A stretch of DNA of 64,000 nucleotides from Squalus acanthias. Lineage: Eukaryota. Both the position numbers and the translations under genes were made by a program. The number at the start of each line of letters is the position of its first letter. Position 1 is the first letter of the stretch. The stretch spans positions 27,590,001 through 27,654,000 of the forward strand of contig CM059426.1 of the NCBI GenBank assembly GCA_030390025.1, read 5' to 3'. The notes beneath the pieces are model-generated. The model had not been told where the DNA came from and ran no database searches. It saw only the letters and a list, made by a program, of their open reading frames with translations. Positions 1 through 11,353 of the stretch are shown here, one piece after another.

Positions 1-258
1 TGGACGATAGTTGTGTGCACTGCAGCATGTGTGCTCTGCTGTTTATGTGCAATAAAAGAGTTTGTATGGAAAAGATTACCTTCCTGAAGGTTTTGAAGGG
101 ACTTGCAGCTTATAAATTTTATTTGGGACATGAAGCCATGCTCATCAGTAAAATAATGTCTGGAAAGATAGGTTGACTTAACTTGGACCCTTTCTAATAC
201 CAAAAACTTATTCCTTATTTGTTCCCAGATCCTATGGACTATGGAGGTAGAAAGGCAT

Positions 259-1059
259 CAATTCAGGCTTGGGCTGATAAGTGGCAGGTAACATTCGCGC
301 CACACATCTCCAACAAGCGAGGGTCTAACCATCACCCCTTGCCATTCAATGGCATTACCATCACTGAATCCCCCACCATCAATATCCTGGGGGTCACCAT
401 TGACCAGAAACTTAACTGGACCAGCCACATAAATACTGTGGCAACAAGAGCAGGTCAGAGGCTAGGTATTCTGCAGTGAGTGTCTCACCTCCTGACTCCC
501 CAAAGCCTTTCCACCATCTACAAGGCACAAGTTAGGAGTTGGATGGAATACTCTCCACTTGCCTGGATGAGTGCAGCTCCAACAACACTCAAGAAGCTCG
601 ACACTATCCAGGACAAAGCAGCCCGCTTGATTGGCACCCCATTGACCACCTTAAACATTCACTCCCTCCACTACCGGCGTACCGTGGCTGCAGTGTGTAC
701 CATCTACAAGATACACTGCAGCAACTCACCAAGGCTTCTTCAGCAGCACCTCTCAAACCCGCGACCTCTTCCACCTAGAAGGATAAGGGCAGCAGGCGCA
801 TGGGAACACCACCACCTCCAAGTTCCCCTCCAAGTCACACACCATCCTGACTTGAAAGTATATCACCGTTCCTTCATCATCGCTGGGTCAAAATCCTGGA
901 ACATCCTCCCTAACAGCACTGTGTGAGTACCTTCACCACATGGACTGCAGCAATTCAAAAAGACAGCTCACCACCACCTTCTCAAGGGCAACTAGGGATG
1001 GGCAATAACTGCTGGCCTCGCCAGCAACGCCCACATCTCATGAACGAATTTTTTAAAAA
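259..1059 (+). mobile_element. LINE-A (CR1-group, Zenon-like) 5'-truncated 3' fragment
   Basis: RT C-terminal translation YKAQVRSxMEYSPLAWMSAAPTTLKKLDTIQDKAARLIG with stops; 3' tail GGGATGGGCAATAA...CCCACATC shared with the other LINE-A copies. Confidence 0.9.
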
Positions 1060-1346
1060 GCAGAAAGGTAGGTCTCATGGAGTAAATGAGTCTGGTGAGG
1101 GCTGGGTTGGAGATAGGTTAGCAGTTATAGAGTATTGTAAGGTTGGAGCTTGGGTAAGGGATGAGACGTGAATGGTCAGAGAGCAAAGAGACCTGATGAA
1201 CCTGATGTAGATGAGCAGATCAGCTCAGTTTTGGAGATAAAGAGGTCTGTGAGTACCTCGTGAGTACCTCGCAACTAGTAGTAGATGTGAGGATCGAGGA
1301 GGGAGGACACAGGAATGAGAAAGGTGGCAAGTGGACAGATATTGGC

Positions 1347-2806
1347 TGGCTTCAGGTGTGGTGCCAGAGGACTGGAGGACTGCTAATGTGGTACCCTTGT
1401 TTAAAAAGGGAGAAAAGGATAGACCGAGTAATTACAGGCCAGTCAGCCTAACCTCGGTGGTGGGAAAATTATTGGAAAGAATTCTGAAGGACAGGATAAA
1501 TCTTCATTTAGAAAGATACGGATTAATCAAGGATAGTCAGCACGGATTTGTTAAGGGAAGGTCATGTCTGACAAACTTGATTGAATTTTTTGAGGAGGGT
1601 AGATGAGGGTAGTGCGTTTGATGTAGTGTATATGGACTTTAGCAAGGCTTTTGATAAGGTTCCACATGGCAGACTGGTCACGAAGTTAAAAGCCCATGGG
1701 ATCCAGGGCAAAGTGTCAAGTTGGATTCAAAACTGGCTCGGAGACAGGAAGCAGAGGGTAATGGTTGATGGGTGTTTTTGTGACTGGAAGGCTGTTTCCA
1801 GTGGGGTTCCGCAGGGCTCAGTACTAGGTCCCTTGCTTTTTGTGATATATATCAATGATCTTGACTTGAATATAAGGGGTATGATTATGAAGTTTGCAGA
1901 TAATACTAAAATCGGCTGTGTGGTTGATACTGAAGAAGGAAGCTGTAGACTGCAGGAAGATATCAATAAATTGGTCAGGCGGGCAGAACAGTGGCAAATG
2001 GAATTCAATCCGGAGAAGTGTGAGGTAATGCATTTGGGGAGGGCTAACAAGGAAAGGGATTACACATTAAATGGTAGGACACTGAGTAGCGTAGAGGAAC
2101 AAAGGGACCTTGGAGTGCATGCCCACAGATCCCTGAAGGTAGCAGGCCAGGTAGATAAGGTGGTTAAGAAGGCATACGGAATGCTTGCCTTTATTAGCCA
2201 TGGCATAGAATACAAGATCAGGGGGTTATGCTTCAACTGTATAAAACACTAGTTAGTCCTCAGCTAGAGTACTGTGTGCAGTTCTGGTCACCACATTACA
2301 GGAAAGATGTGATTGCACTAGAGAAGGTACAGAGGAGATTTACAAGGATGTTGCCGGGTGTGGAGAATCTTAGCTATGAGGAAAGACTGGATAGGCTGGG
2401 TCTGTTTTCCTTGGAACAGAGGAGGCTGAGGGGAGACCTTATTGAGGTGTATAAAATTATGAGGGGCATAGATAAAGTGGATAGAAAGGACCTATTTCCC
2501 TTAGCAGAGGGGTCAAAAACCAGGGGGCACAGATTTAAAGTAATTGGTGGAAGGTTTAGAGGGGATTTGAGGGGAAATTTCTTCACCCAGAGGGTTGTGG
2601 GGGTCTGGAACTCACTGCCTGAAAGGGTGGTAGAGGCAGGAACCCTAACCACATTTAAAAAGTACTTGGATGTGCACTTGGGATGCTGTAACTTGCATGG
2701 CTACGGACCAAGAGCTGGGAAGTGGGATTAGGCTTGATAGCTCTTTGTTGGCCGGCGCGGACACAATGGGCTGAAATGGCCTCCTTCCGTGCTGTAACTT
2801 TCTATA
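1347..2806 (+). mobile_element. CR1 LINE (subfamily i), 5'-truncated, frameshifted RT
   Basis: PEDWRTANVVPLFKKG, DFSKAFDKVPH, GVPQGSVLGP, KFADNTK, LEYCVQFWSP; tail GGCCTCCTTCCGTGCTGTAACTTTCTAT. Confidence 0.95.
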
Positions 2807-3591
2807 TTTACTTTCAGCATAGGTGTTATCTTAAATCTCTGACTTTTGCTGATGTTCCCAGTACCCTGCATCACGTCTGTTGTCATTCTCACCTCTTTTT
2901 CCTTTGCCTTATTCAAACCCATTCATCACTTGTCACTCAACAACCTCATCTGATTTGCCACATCACGCACCAGATGGTCCAGCTGCTCTTGCTGTGAAAT
3001 TCAAATCAGACAAAGACACTGGATGGATGGGTGACCAGTTGCTGTTCAACAATTTTATTCATCCTGTGGAATACATCTAACCACTAGACTTACTTTATCT
3101 TCTCACCTACTGTTTTCAACCTAAATGGTTTCCTGCGCAATATACCTTGCCCTTCACATAGGATTTTCAATGCTGGCCCTAAATTTCCTTGATGTCAGTT
3201 ACACCGTAGTTACTCCATAGTCATGCTAGAAAGTTATATCATTCACCAGCAGAGGGAGTTACACGCAAGTTGCCTGGGGTAAGTTAATTTAAATATTCTT
3301 AGTGCAATTTTGGTGTAACTTGAATGTACAAACTATGTAAGTTACTGACACACACACACCCAAGAAACTTCCATGCAACAATGACCTAACTCTTTAAATT
3401 GCACTCTGCAGACACGTGGTAGCAGCAAAACACTGTCCAACATCAGGTTAAGCAGCCAACAAATGATTTTGCTAGCAACTTTCCCCAAATCACTTGACGA
3501 GGTCTGACCCACAGCATCAGCCCAGATTGGCACCAGCTTGCTTACTTAGGTGCCGCTGTTCCCACTAGGCACCACACCATAGCAGCAGGCG

Positions 3592-3804
3592 GAAGAAGAA
3601 CAACTGGCTGCTCTGATGAAGATCGCCAAGAGGTACAAGACAGGAGCCTCACACTTCTGGGTCTTTATTCCACCAAGCCAGATACCAACATCAGCCATGC
3701 CACCTGCAGGCAGATAACACTGGCACTGATTCCCAACTCCCTGAAACCCAGGACTGATCAACAGTGCAGAATGAAGTGAAAACACTTAACAAGGGCAGGC
3801 AAAG
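3592..3804 (+). pseudogene. Harbinger Myb/SANT-like DNA-binding protein remnant
   Basis: Manual translation EEEQLAALM...PNSLKPRTDQQCRMK*KHLTRAGK matches the RTxxQCRKKWxxL motif (TGG mutated to TGA at 3777), followed by a GTAATG donor at 3805. Confidence 0.65.
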
Positions 3805-3992
3805 GTAATGTGTCACCACACTCTCCCTTTCCTCCCTGCCCACTGTAGGCACACTGCCACACTCTTTACCCTCTTAAAGCAGCACTCACGCTACTAACAC
3901 TTTGCACTGCACTCTGGTAAGGGCTACAACTCCCCTAACACATACCAACTGCCAGGTGTAGCCCCAAAACACTATCATCCATCTTAACATAA

Positions 3993-4250
3993 AAGAAAGA
4001 AAGAAAGACTTGCATTTATATAGCGCCTTTCACGACCACCGGACATCCCAAAGTACTTTACAGTCAATGAAGTACTTTTTGGAGTGTAGTCACTGTTGTA
4101 ATGTAGGAAATGCAGAAGCCAATTTGCACACAGCAAGCTCCCACAAACAGCAATGTGATAATGACCAGATAATCTGTTTTAGTGATGTTGATTGAGGGAT
4201 AAATATTCGTCAGGACCCCGGGGGTAACTCCCCTGCTCTTCTTCGAATAT
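3993..4250 (-). mobile_element. Deu-domain SINE (SacSINE1-like), 3' part
   Basis: Near-identical to 14366-14615; L2-type tail GCGCTATATAAATGCAAGTCTTTC on the minus strand. Confidence 0.85.
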
Positions 4251-4609
4251 CCTCACACCCCACATCTCTCATTTCACCTCTCCCATCACAATTGCCACAC
4301 ACTCCTTAACTGACAGTCTTATCCTCATATATACAACTTTCCACCTCCTTAACTTGCCATAAGAGAAATGTGTGCTTGTTATTGATGAATATTACAATAA
4401 GTTAGGAAATAGACCATTCAGTAAGTTTGGACTTTACACAGGTGATGATTCCCAGTAAGATCCTCTGGGCCAAAGAGATCTACTTTTAAGTCATCTGGTA
4501 GGGTACATAGAAGAATGTAGGGCAGAGGTGCTGCCATTGTAGTTGATCAGTCGATGGCATCCTACTGAATCTGCCCTCTGATACCCCTTGCAGTGGTGAG
4601 TGAGGGCAC

Positions 4610-5072
4610 GGCCTGGTTTGCATCACAAACGAGCTGGCTGTCCTGGGAATGGAATCCCTTCCTATTTACATGTCAGTGGGTGGTTGGTTGGCACCTTCAG
4701 TGCTACAGGCTTGCAATCACGCCACCCTGCACCCTGGGGAATCCAGCTATCCTATAGAAGTCCCTGGCTCTGTGCCTCTGCTGTCTGGAGGTGATGAGAG
4801 ATGAATTTCGCTGCTCTATGAAAGAGGGTGTCCATCCTCTTTCATGGATGCATGTCCTGACAGCTCCCTGGTTAATGTTGCACAGAACCCCTATGGCAGC
4901 CTGGAAGTTATCCAGTGCTGTAGAAGTTGAAAGCTGCTGTCACTTTAATTGCCACAGACAGAGCAGCTGTGGCAGTGGAGCAAGTCTGCAAATCTTTGTG
5001 CCCGATGGTATCCTTGGAAAGATGCAGCCGTCGGATGCATAGCTCCTCAGAGAGGTCCTCGTAAGACTGGTG
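4610..5072 (-). pseudogene. Harbinger DDE transposase (HARBI1-like) remnant, frameshifted
   Basis: Manual translation across frameshifts: SYEDLSEELCIRRLHLSK...ALSVAIKVTAAFNFYSTG/NFQ...RARDFYRIAGFPRVQG../DC..VALKVP.../VNRKGFHS...QLVCDA. Confidence 0.88.
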
Positions 5073-5385
5073 TGCACTTGTTGGGGAGGGTAGTACCTGC
5101 TATCCTCAGCCATGCTGCATATATCCTCCTGGCCTATGCACACTGCTGCTGTAACTCCTCTTCCATTATGATGGCGTGGAGTGGTATGCCCATGGGTAAA
5201 GCCATTCCTTGTCCAGAGTCGATCTGAGTATGAGTTTAAGGTGGTTGAAGTCAAAGGGTCCCAAAAATATATTCTGGGAAGAGAGGAAACCACTACTGTA
5301 AAATAAAGTACAGGTCAATGATTAAAAAATGTGAAGGAATAGGTTAAAAAAAACCTCAGTAACCTGTCATCAGTAAGTGAAGCTA

Positions 5386-6170
5386 CATAGAATATACAGC
5401 ACAGAAACAGGCCATTCAGCCCAACTAGTCTGTGCTTGTATTTATACTCCACATGAGTCTCCTCCTATTCCATCTATCTCATCTCAGCCTTTCAGCATAT
5501 CTTTCTCTTCCCTTTTCTCTCATGTACTCGATTAGTTTCCTTTTGAAAGCATCTAAGCTATTTGCCTCAATCACTTTCTGTGGTAGCGAGTTCCACATTC
5601 TAGCCACTCTCTGAGTAAAGAAATTTCTCCTTATTTCCCTATTGGATTTATTAGTAACTATCTTGTATTTATGGCCCCTATTTTTATATTCGCCCACAAA
5701 TGGAAACATTCTCACCACATCTACCCTGTCCAACCCATTCATAATTTTAAAGACCTCTATCAAATCACCTCTAAGTCTTCTCTTTTCTAAAGAAAAAAGC
5801 CCCAGCTGTTCAATCTTTCCCAATAACTGTAATCTCTCAGTTCTGGTAACATCCTTGTAATTTTTTTTTGCATTTTCTCCAGTGCTTCTATGTCCTTTTT
5901 GTGGTATGGAGACCAGAACTGTGCACAGTACTGTAAGTGCGGCCTGACCAGGGTCCTATACAAGTTTAGCATAACTGCACTACTTTTGAATTCTATACCC
6001 TTAGAAGTAAATCCCAGTGCATTTTTATTTGCTTTGCTGACCTGCCATGTTGCTTTTAATGATTTGTTCTTCTGCCCCATTCAGTTTCTTATTTTCTAAG
6101 GTGTAGGTGATTTTTCTTCCCAAAGTGCATCACCTTACATTTATCTATATTAAAGTTAATTTGCCACTTA
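5386..6170 (-). mobile_element. CR1 LINE (subfamily iii), 3' segment; continues at 9438-9765
   Basis: RPHLQYCAQFWSP, LFSLEKRRLRGDLIEVFK; sequence resumes seamlessly (TTGCCACTTA | TCTGCCCAGTCTGC) after the nested insertions. Confidence 0.88.
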
Positions 6171-7338
6171 CATAAGAACATAAGAAATAGGAGCAGGAGT
6201 CGGCCATTTGGCCTTTTGAGCCTGCTCCGCCATTCAATAAGATCATGGCTGATCTTCTACGTCAGCTCCACTTTCCTGCACTATCCCCATATCCCTTGAT
6301 TCCCTTAATATCCAAAAATCTATCGATCTCTGTCTTGAATATACTCAACGACTGAGCCTTCACAGCCCTCTGGGGTAGAGAATTCCAAAGATTCACCACC
6401 CTCTGAAGGAAGAAATTTCTCCTCATCTCAGTCCTAAATGGCCGACACCTTACTCTGAGACTGTGACCCCTGGTTCTAGACTCGCCAGCCAGGGGAAACA
6501 TCCTCCCTGCAACTACCCTGTCAAGCCCTGTGAGAATTTTATATGTTTCAATGAGATCACCTCTCATTCTTTAAACTCTAGAGAATATAGGCCTAGTCTA
6601 CTCAATCTCTCCTCATAGAACAATCCCCCCATCCCAGGAATCAGTCTGGTGAACCTTCGTTGCACTCCCTCTATGGCAAGTATATCCTTCCTTAGGTAAG
6701 GAGACCAAAACTGTACACAATACTCCAGGTGTGGTCTCACCAGAGCCCTATATAATTGCAGTAAGACGTCTTTACTCCTATACTCCAATCCTCTTGTAAT
6801 AAAGGCCAACATACCATTTGCTTTCCTAATTGCTTGTTGTACCTGCATGTTAACTTTCAGTGATTCGTGTACAAGGACACCCAGGTCCCTCTGAACACTA
6901 ACATTTCCCAAATTCTCACCATTTAAAAAATACTCTGCTTTTCTATTTTTCCTACCAAAGTGGATAACTTCACATTTCTCCACATTATATTCCATTTGCC
7001 ATGTTCTTGCCCACACACTTAGCCTGCCTATATCCCCTTGAAGTCTCCTTGCATCCTCCTCACAACTTACATTCCCACCTAGCTTTGTATCATCAGCAAA
7101 CTTGGATATATGACATTTGGTCACCCCATCCAAATCATTGATATAGATTGTGAATAGCTGAGGCCCAAGCACTGATCCTTGCGGTACCCCACTAGTTCCA
7201 GCCTGCCAACCCGAAAATGACCTATTTATTCCTACTCTTTGTTTTCTGTCTGTTAACTAATCCTCAATTCATGCTAGTATATTACCCCCAATCCCATGAG
7301 CCCTAATTTTGTTTAATAACCTCTTGGTGCGCCACCTT
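6171..7338 (-). mobile_element. CR1 LINE (subfamily ii, HER1-like tail), 3' segment; continues at 9116-9437
   Basis: KFADDTKLGG, RPHLEYCVQFWSPYLRKD; tail CTCCTGCTCCTATTTCTTATGTTCTTATG. Confidence 0.93.
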
Positions 7339-9115
7339 TTTTTATATTCGTTTATGGGATCAGGGCGTCGCTGGCAATGCCAGCATTTATTGCCCATCCC
7401 TAGTTGCCCTTGAGAAGGTGGTGGTGAGCCGCCTTCTTGAACCGCTGCAGTCCGTGTGGTGATGGTACTCCCACAGTGCTGTTAGGTAGGGAGTCCCAGG
7501 ATTTTGACCCAGCGACGACGAAGGATCGGCGATATACTTCTAAGTCAGGATGGTATGTGACTTGGAGGGGAACTTGGAGGTGGTGGTGTTCCCATGCGTC
7601 TGCGGCCCTTATCCTTCTAGGTGGTAGAGGTCGCGGGTTTGGGAGGTGCTGCCGAAGAAGCCTTGGTGAGTTGCTGCAGTGCATCTTGTAGATGGTACAC
7701 ACTGCAGCTACGGTACGCCGGTGGTGGAGGGAGTGAATGTTTAAGGTAGTGGATGGGGTGCCAATCAAGCGGGCTGCTTTGTCCTGGATGGTGTCGAGCT
7801 TCTTGAGTGTTGTTGGAGCTGCACTCATCCAGGCAAGTGGAGAGTATTCCATCACACTCCTTACTTGTGCCTTGTAGATGGTGGATAGGCTTTGGGGAGT
7901 CAGGAGGTGAGACACTCGCCGCAGAATACCTAGCCTCTGACCTGCTCTTGTTGCCACAGTATTTATGTGGCTGGTCCAGTTAAGTTTCTGGTTAACGGTG
8001 ACCCCCAGGATGTTGATGGTGGGGGATTCGGCGATGGTAATGCCATTGAATGTCAAGGGGAGGTGGTTAGACTCTCGCTTGTTGGAAATAGTCATTGCTT
8101 GGCACTTCTGTGGCGCGATGTTATCTGCTACTTATCAGCCCAAGCCTGAATGTCGTCCAGGTCTTGTTGCCTGCGGGCATGGACTGCTTCATTATCTGTG
8201 GAGTTGCGAATGGCGCTGAACACTGTGCAGTCATCAGCGAACATCCCCATTTCTGACCTTATGTTGGAGGGAAGGTCATTGATGAAGCAGCTGAAGATGG
8301 TTGGGCCTAGGGCACTGCCCTGAGGAACTCCTGCAGTGATGTCCTGGGGCTGTGATGATAGACCTTCAACCACCACAACCATCTTCCTGTGTGCTATGTA
8401 TGATTCCAGCCAGTGGAGCATTTTCCCCCTGATTCCCATTGACTTCAGTTTTACTAGGGCTCCTTGATGCCACACTCAGTCAAATGCTGCCTTGATGTCA
8501 AGGGCAGTCACTCTCACCTCACCTCTGGAATTCAGCTCCTTTGTGCATGTTTGGACCAAGGCTGTAATGAGGTCGGGAGCTGAGTGGTCCTGGTGGAACC
8601 CAAACGGGGCATCAGTGAGCAGGTTATTGGTGAGTAAGTGCCGCTTGATAGCACTGTCGATGACACCTTCCATCACTTTGCTGATGATTGAGAGTAGACT
8701 GATGGGGCGGTAATTGGCCGGGTTGGATTTGTCCTGCTTTTTGTGGACAGGACATACCTGGGCAATTTTCCACATTGTCGGATAGATGCCAGTGTTGTAG
8801 CTGTACTGGAACAGCTTGGCTAGATGTGCGGCTAGTTCTGGAGCACAAGTCTTCAGCACGATAGCCGGGATGTTGTTGGGGCCCATAGCCTTTGCTGTAT
8901 CCAGTGCGCTCAGCCGTTTCTTGATATCACGTGGAGTGAATCTGAATTGGCTGAAGACTGGCTTCTGTGATGGTGGGGACCTCGGGAGTAGGCCAATATG
9001 GATCATCCACTCGGCACTTCTGGCTGAAATTGGTTGCAACGCTTCAGCCTTGTCTTTTGCACTCACATGCTGGGCTCCACCATCATTGAGGATGGGGATA
9101 TTCTTGGAGCCTCCT
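7337..9115 (-). mobile_element. LINE-A, 5'-truncated, nested in CR1
   Basis: ORFs 8476-9066, 8128-8475, 7400-8095 form one RT (NYRPISLLS, ALDIKAAFD, GVPQGS, MFADDC) broken by stops; A-rich tail near 7337-7345. Confidence 0.93.
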
Positions 9116-9437
9116 GAATGCCTTCTGAAAATTCAAATACACCACATCCACTGGTTCCCCGTTATCTATTCTGCTATTTACAACTTCAAAAACCACTAAC
9201 AGATTTGTCAAACATGATTTCCCTTTCATAAATCCATGTTGACTCTGCCCAATCCTATTATTATTTTCTCACTGCCCTGTTACCACGTCCTTAATAATAG
9301 ATTCTAGCACTTTCCCTACTACTGATGTCAGGCTAACTGGTCTGTAGTTCCCAGTTTTCTCTCTCCCTCCTTTCTTAAATAATGGGGTTACATTTGCATA
9401 ATGGGGTTACATTTGCATAGTGGGGTTACATTTGCAG
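9116..9437 (-). mobile_element. CR1 subfamily ii, 5' segment of the 6171 copy
   Basis: Resumes the RT (GAATGCCTTCTGAAAAT...) where 7338 stops; ends in a triple 19-bp repeat. Confidence 0.85.
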
Positions 9438-9765
9438 TCTGCCCAGTCTGCAAAGTTTTCTAATGTCTTCTTGTACTATGTCGCTTTCTTCCTCAGTGTT
9501 AGCTGTATTCTCCCCGCCTCCCTCCGCGCCCCCCCCCCCAATTTCGTATCGTCTGCAAATTTTGATATTGAGTTACTTGTTCCTAAATTCAAATCATTAA
9601 TATAAATTATGAATAACAGTGGTCCCAGCACTGATCCTTGTGGAACACGGCTTTCTACCTTCGTCCAATCTGAATAATTACCCTTTACCCCTACTCTCTG
9701 CTTTCTATTTTTTAGCCAATTTGCTATCCATTCAGCTGTTTGTCCCCGACTCCAAATGCCTTTGT
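9438..9765 (-). mobile_element. CR1 subfamily iii, 5' segment of the 5386 copy
   Basis: Minus strand encodes VPQGSVLGPL and SKFADDTK. Confidence 0.8.
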
Positions 9766-9944
9766 CATGAGCTCACCAACTGCTCACTTACACTTTTCTG
9801 AAGTAATGGGGGAGCCGTTACATCATTTTTTTGGGTGTAAACGTACACCAAGTGCAGGTGTGGCATAAACCCAGGCAACCTCCGTGAACTTGAATAGTGC
9901 AGCTATGCAAAAGAGCCCTGAGGGGCTTGCGCTGTTAAAAAAGA

Positions 9945-10873
9945 TCGAGTGTAATGTATCCAGGTTTGCTGATAATACAAAGCTAGGTGGGAAAGTAAGC
10001 AGTGAGGAGGATGCAATGAGGCTGCAAAGGGAGATAGACAGGTTAAGTGAGTCGGCAAGAACGTGGCAAATGGAATATAATGTGGAGAAATGTGAAGTTA
10101 TCCACTTTGGTAGGAAAAATAGAAAAGCAGAATATTTTTTAAAAGGTGAGAGACTAGGAAATGTTGGTACTTAGAGGGACCTGGGTGTCCTTGTACATGA
10201 ATCACAGAAAGTTAACAGGCAGGTAGCAAGCAATTAGGAAAGCAAATGATATGTTAGTCTTTGGAGTATAAGAGTAAAGACGTCTTACTGCAATTATATA
10301 GGGCCTTGGTGAGACCACACCTGGAGTATTGTGTACAGTTTTGGTCTCCTTGCCTAAGGAAGGATATACTTGCCATAGAGGGAGTGCAACAAAGGTTCAC
10401 CAGAGTAATGCCTGGGATGGGGGGATTGTCCTATGAGGAGAGATTGAGTAGACTCGGCCTATATTCCCTGGAGTTTAGAAGAATATAAAACATATAAAAA
10501 CATATAAAGTTCTTAAGGGGCTTTACAGGGTAGATACAGGAAGGATGTTTCCCCTGGCTGCGGAGTCTAGAACCAGGGGTCACAGTCTCAGAATAAAGGG
10601 TTGGCCATTTAGGACTGAGATGAGGATAAATTTCTTCACTCAAATGGGAGTGAATCTTTGGAATTCTCTACCCCAGAGGGCTATGGATGCTCAGTCGTTG
10701 AGTATATTCAAGACAGAGATCAATAGATTTTTGGATACTAAGGGAATCAAAGGATATGGGGATAGTGCGAGAAAGTGGAGTTGAGGTAGAAATCAGCCAT
10801 GATTTATTGGATGGCAGAGCAGGCTCGAAGGGCCGAATGGCCTACTCCTGCTCCTATTTCTTATGTTCTTATG
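9945..10873 (+). mobile_element. CR1 subfamily ii, 5'-truncated
   Basis: SRFADNTKLGG to GYGDSARKWS; complete TTCTTATG tail. Confidence 0.93.
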
Positions 10874-11353
10874 AAAAGCATTTAACGCAATAACGGTGTA
10901 AATGTACCCAGATGCGCTAAAATGCAAATTTCCTCCATCTTTTCACTGCAATAATGGCATAAAAACAATATAAATTCTGAATATAAGTGAGGAAATTCAG
11001 GGCCACTGTCATGCTGAGGAAAGCAACTGGCCAAAGATATATAATGCAGGATGCAAGGTTAGCTGGATATTTTGGAGTTCGTCCCTTTAGAAATAATAGT
11101 TCATGATGGGCTAGACTGTTCATGGTTTATAGAAGGTTTGGCTTCATAGGCCATAGAGCTTTTTTCTCATTCCAAGCTTTCTTATTTTTGTTTGTTTATT
11201 TATCACCAATTTTCTCTCTTCCTCTCCTGAAGATGTTAGCATCCTGTCCTGCTTTGGTTGCATTGTTACCATTGTTTAGCAACATTTAAGGTTTGCAAAC
11301 ATTTTTTCCTATGATCATGGTACATTTGCAAAAATTGTTCTTTTGGGGCTCTT

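Larger units (their letters stand above)
3175..11004. mobile_element. Decayed autonomous PIF/Harbinger DNA transposon inflated by nested retroelements
   Basis: TIRs GGCCCTAAATTTCCT (3175) and AGGAAATTCAGGGCC (10990-11004), 14/15 match; flanks GCT/ACT; inverted subterminal similarity (about 3261-3279 vs 9868-9886); internal transposase and Myb/SANT remnants. Confidence 0.75.

Noticed and set aside
1249-1271. 11-bp tandem duplication GTGAGTACCTC
   Set aside because: Ordinary slippage duplication with no further structure
3923-3933. Second ZNF143-like motif CTACAACTCCC
   Set aside because: Lacks the AGAATGC half and lies inside the Harbinger fossil without CpG enrichment
9105-9115. Shared 5' truncation hotspot with the 21305 LINE-A copy
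   Set aside because: The breakpoints differ by about 40 nt and two copies are too few
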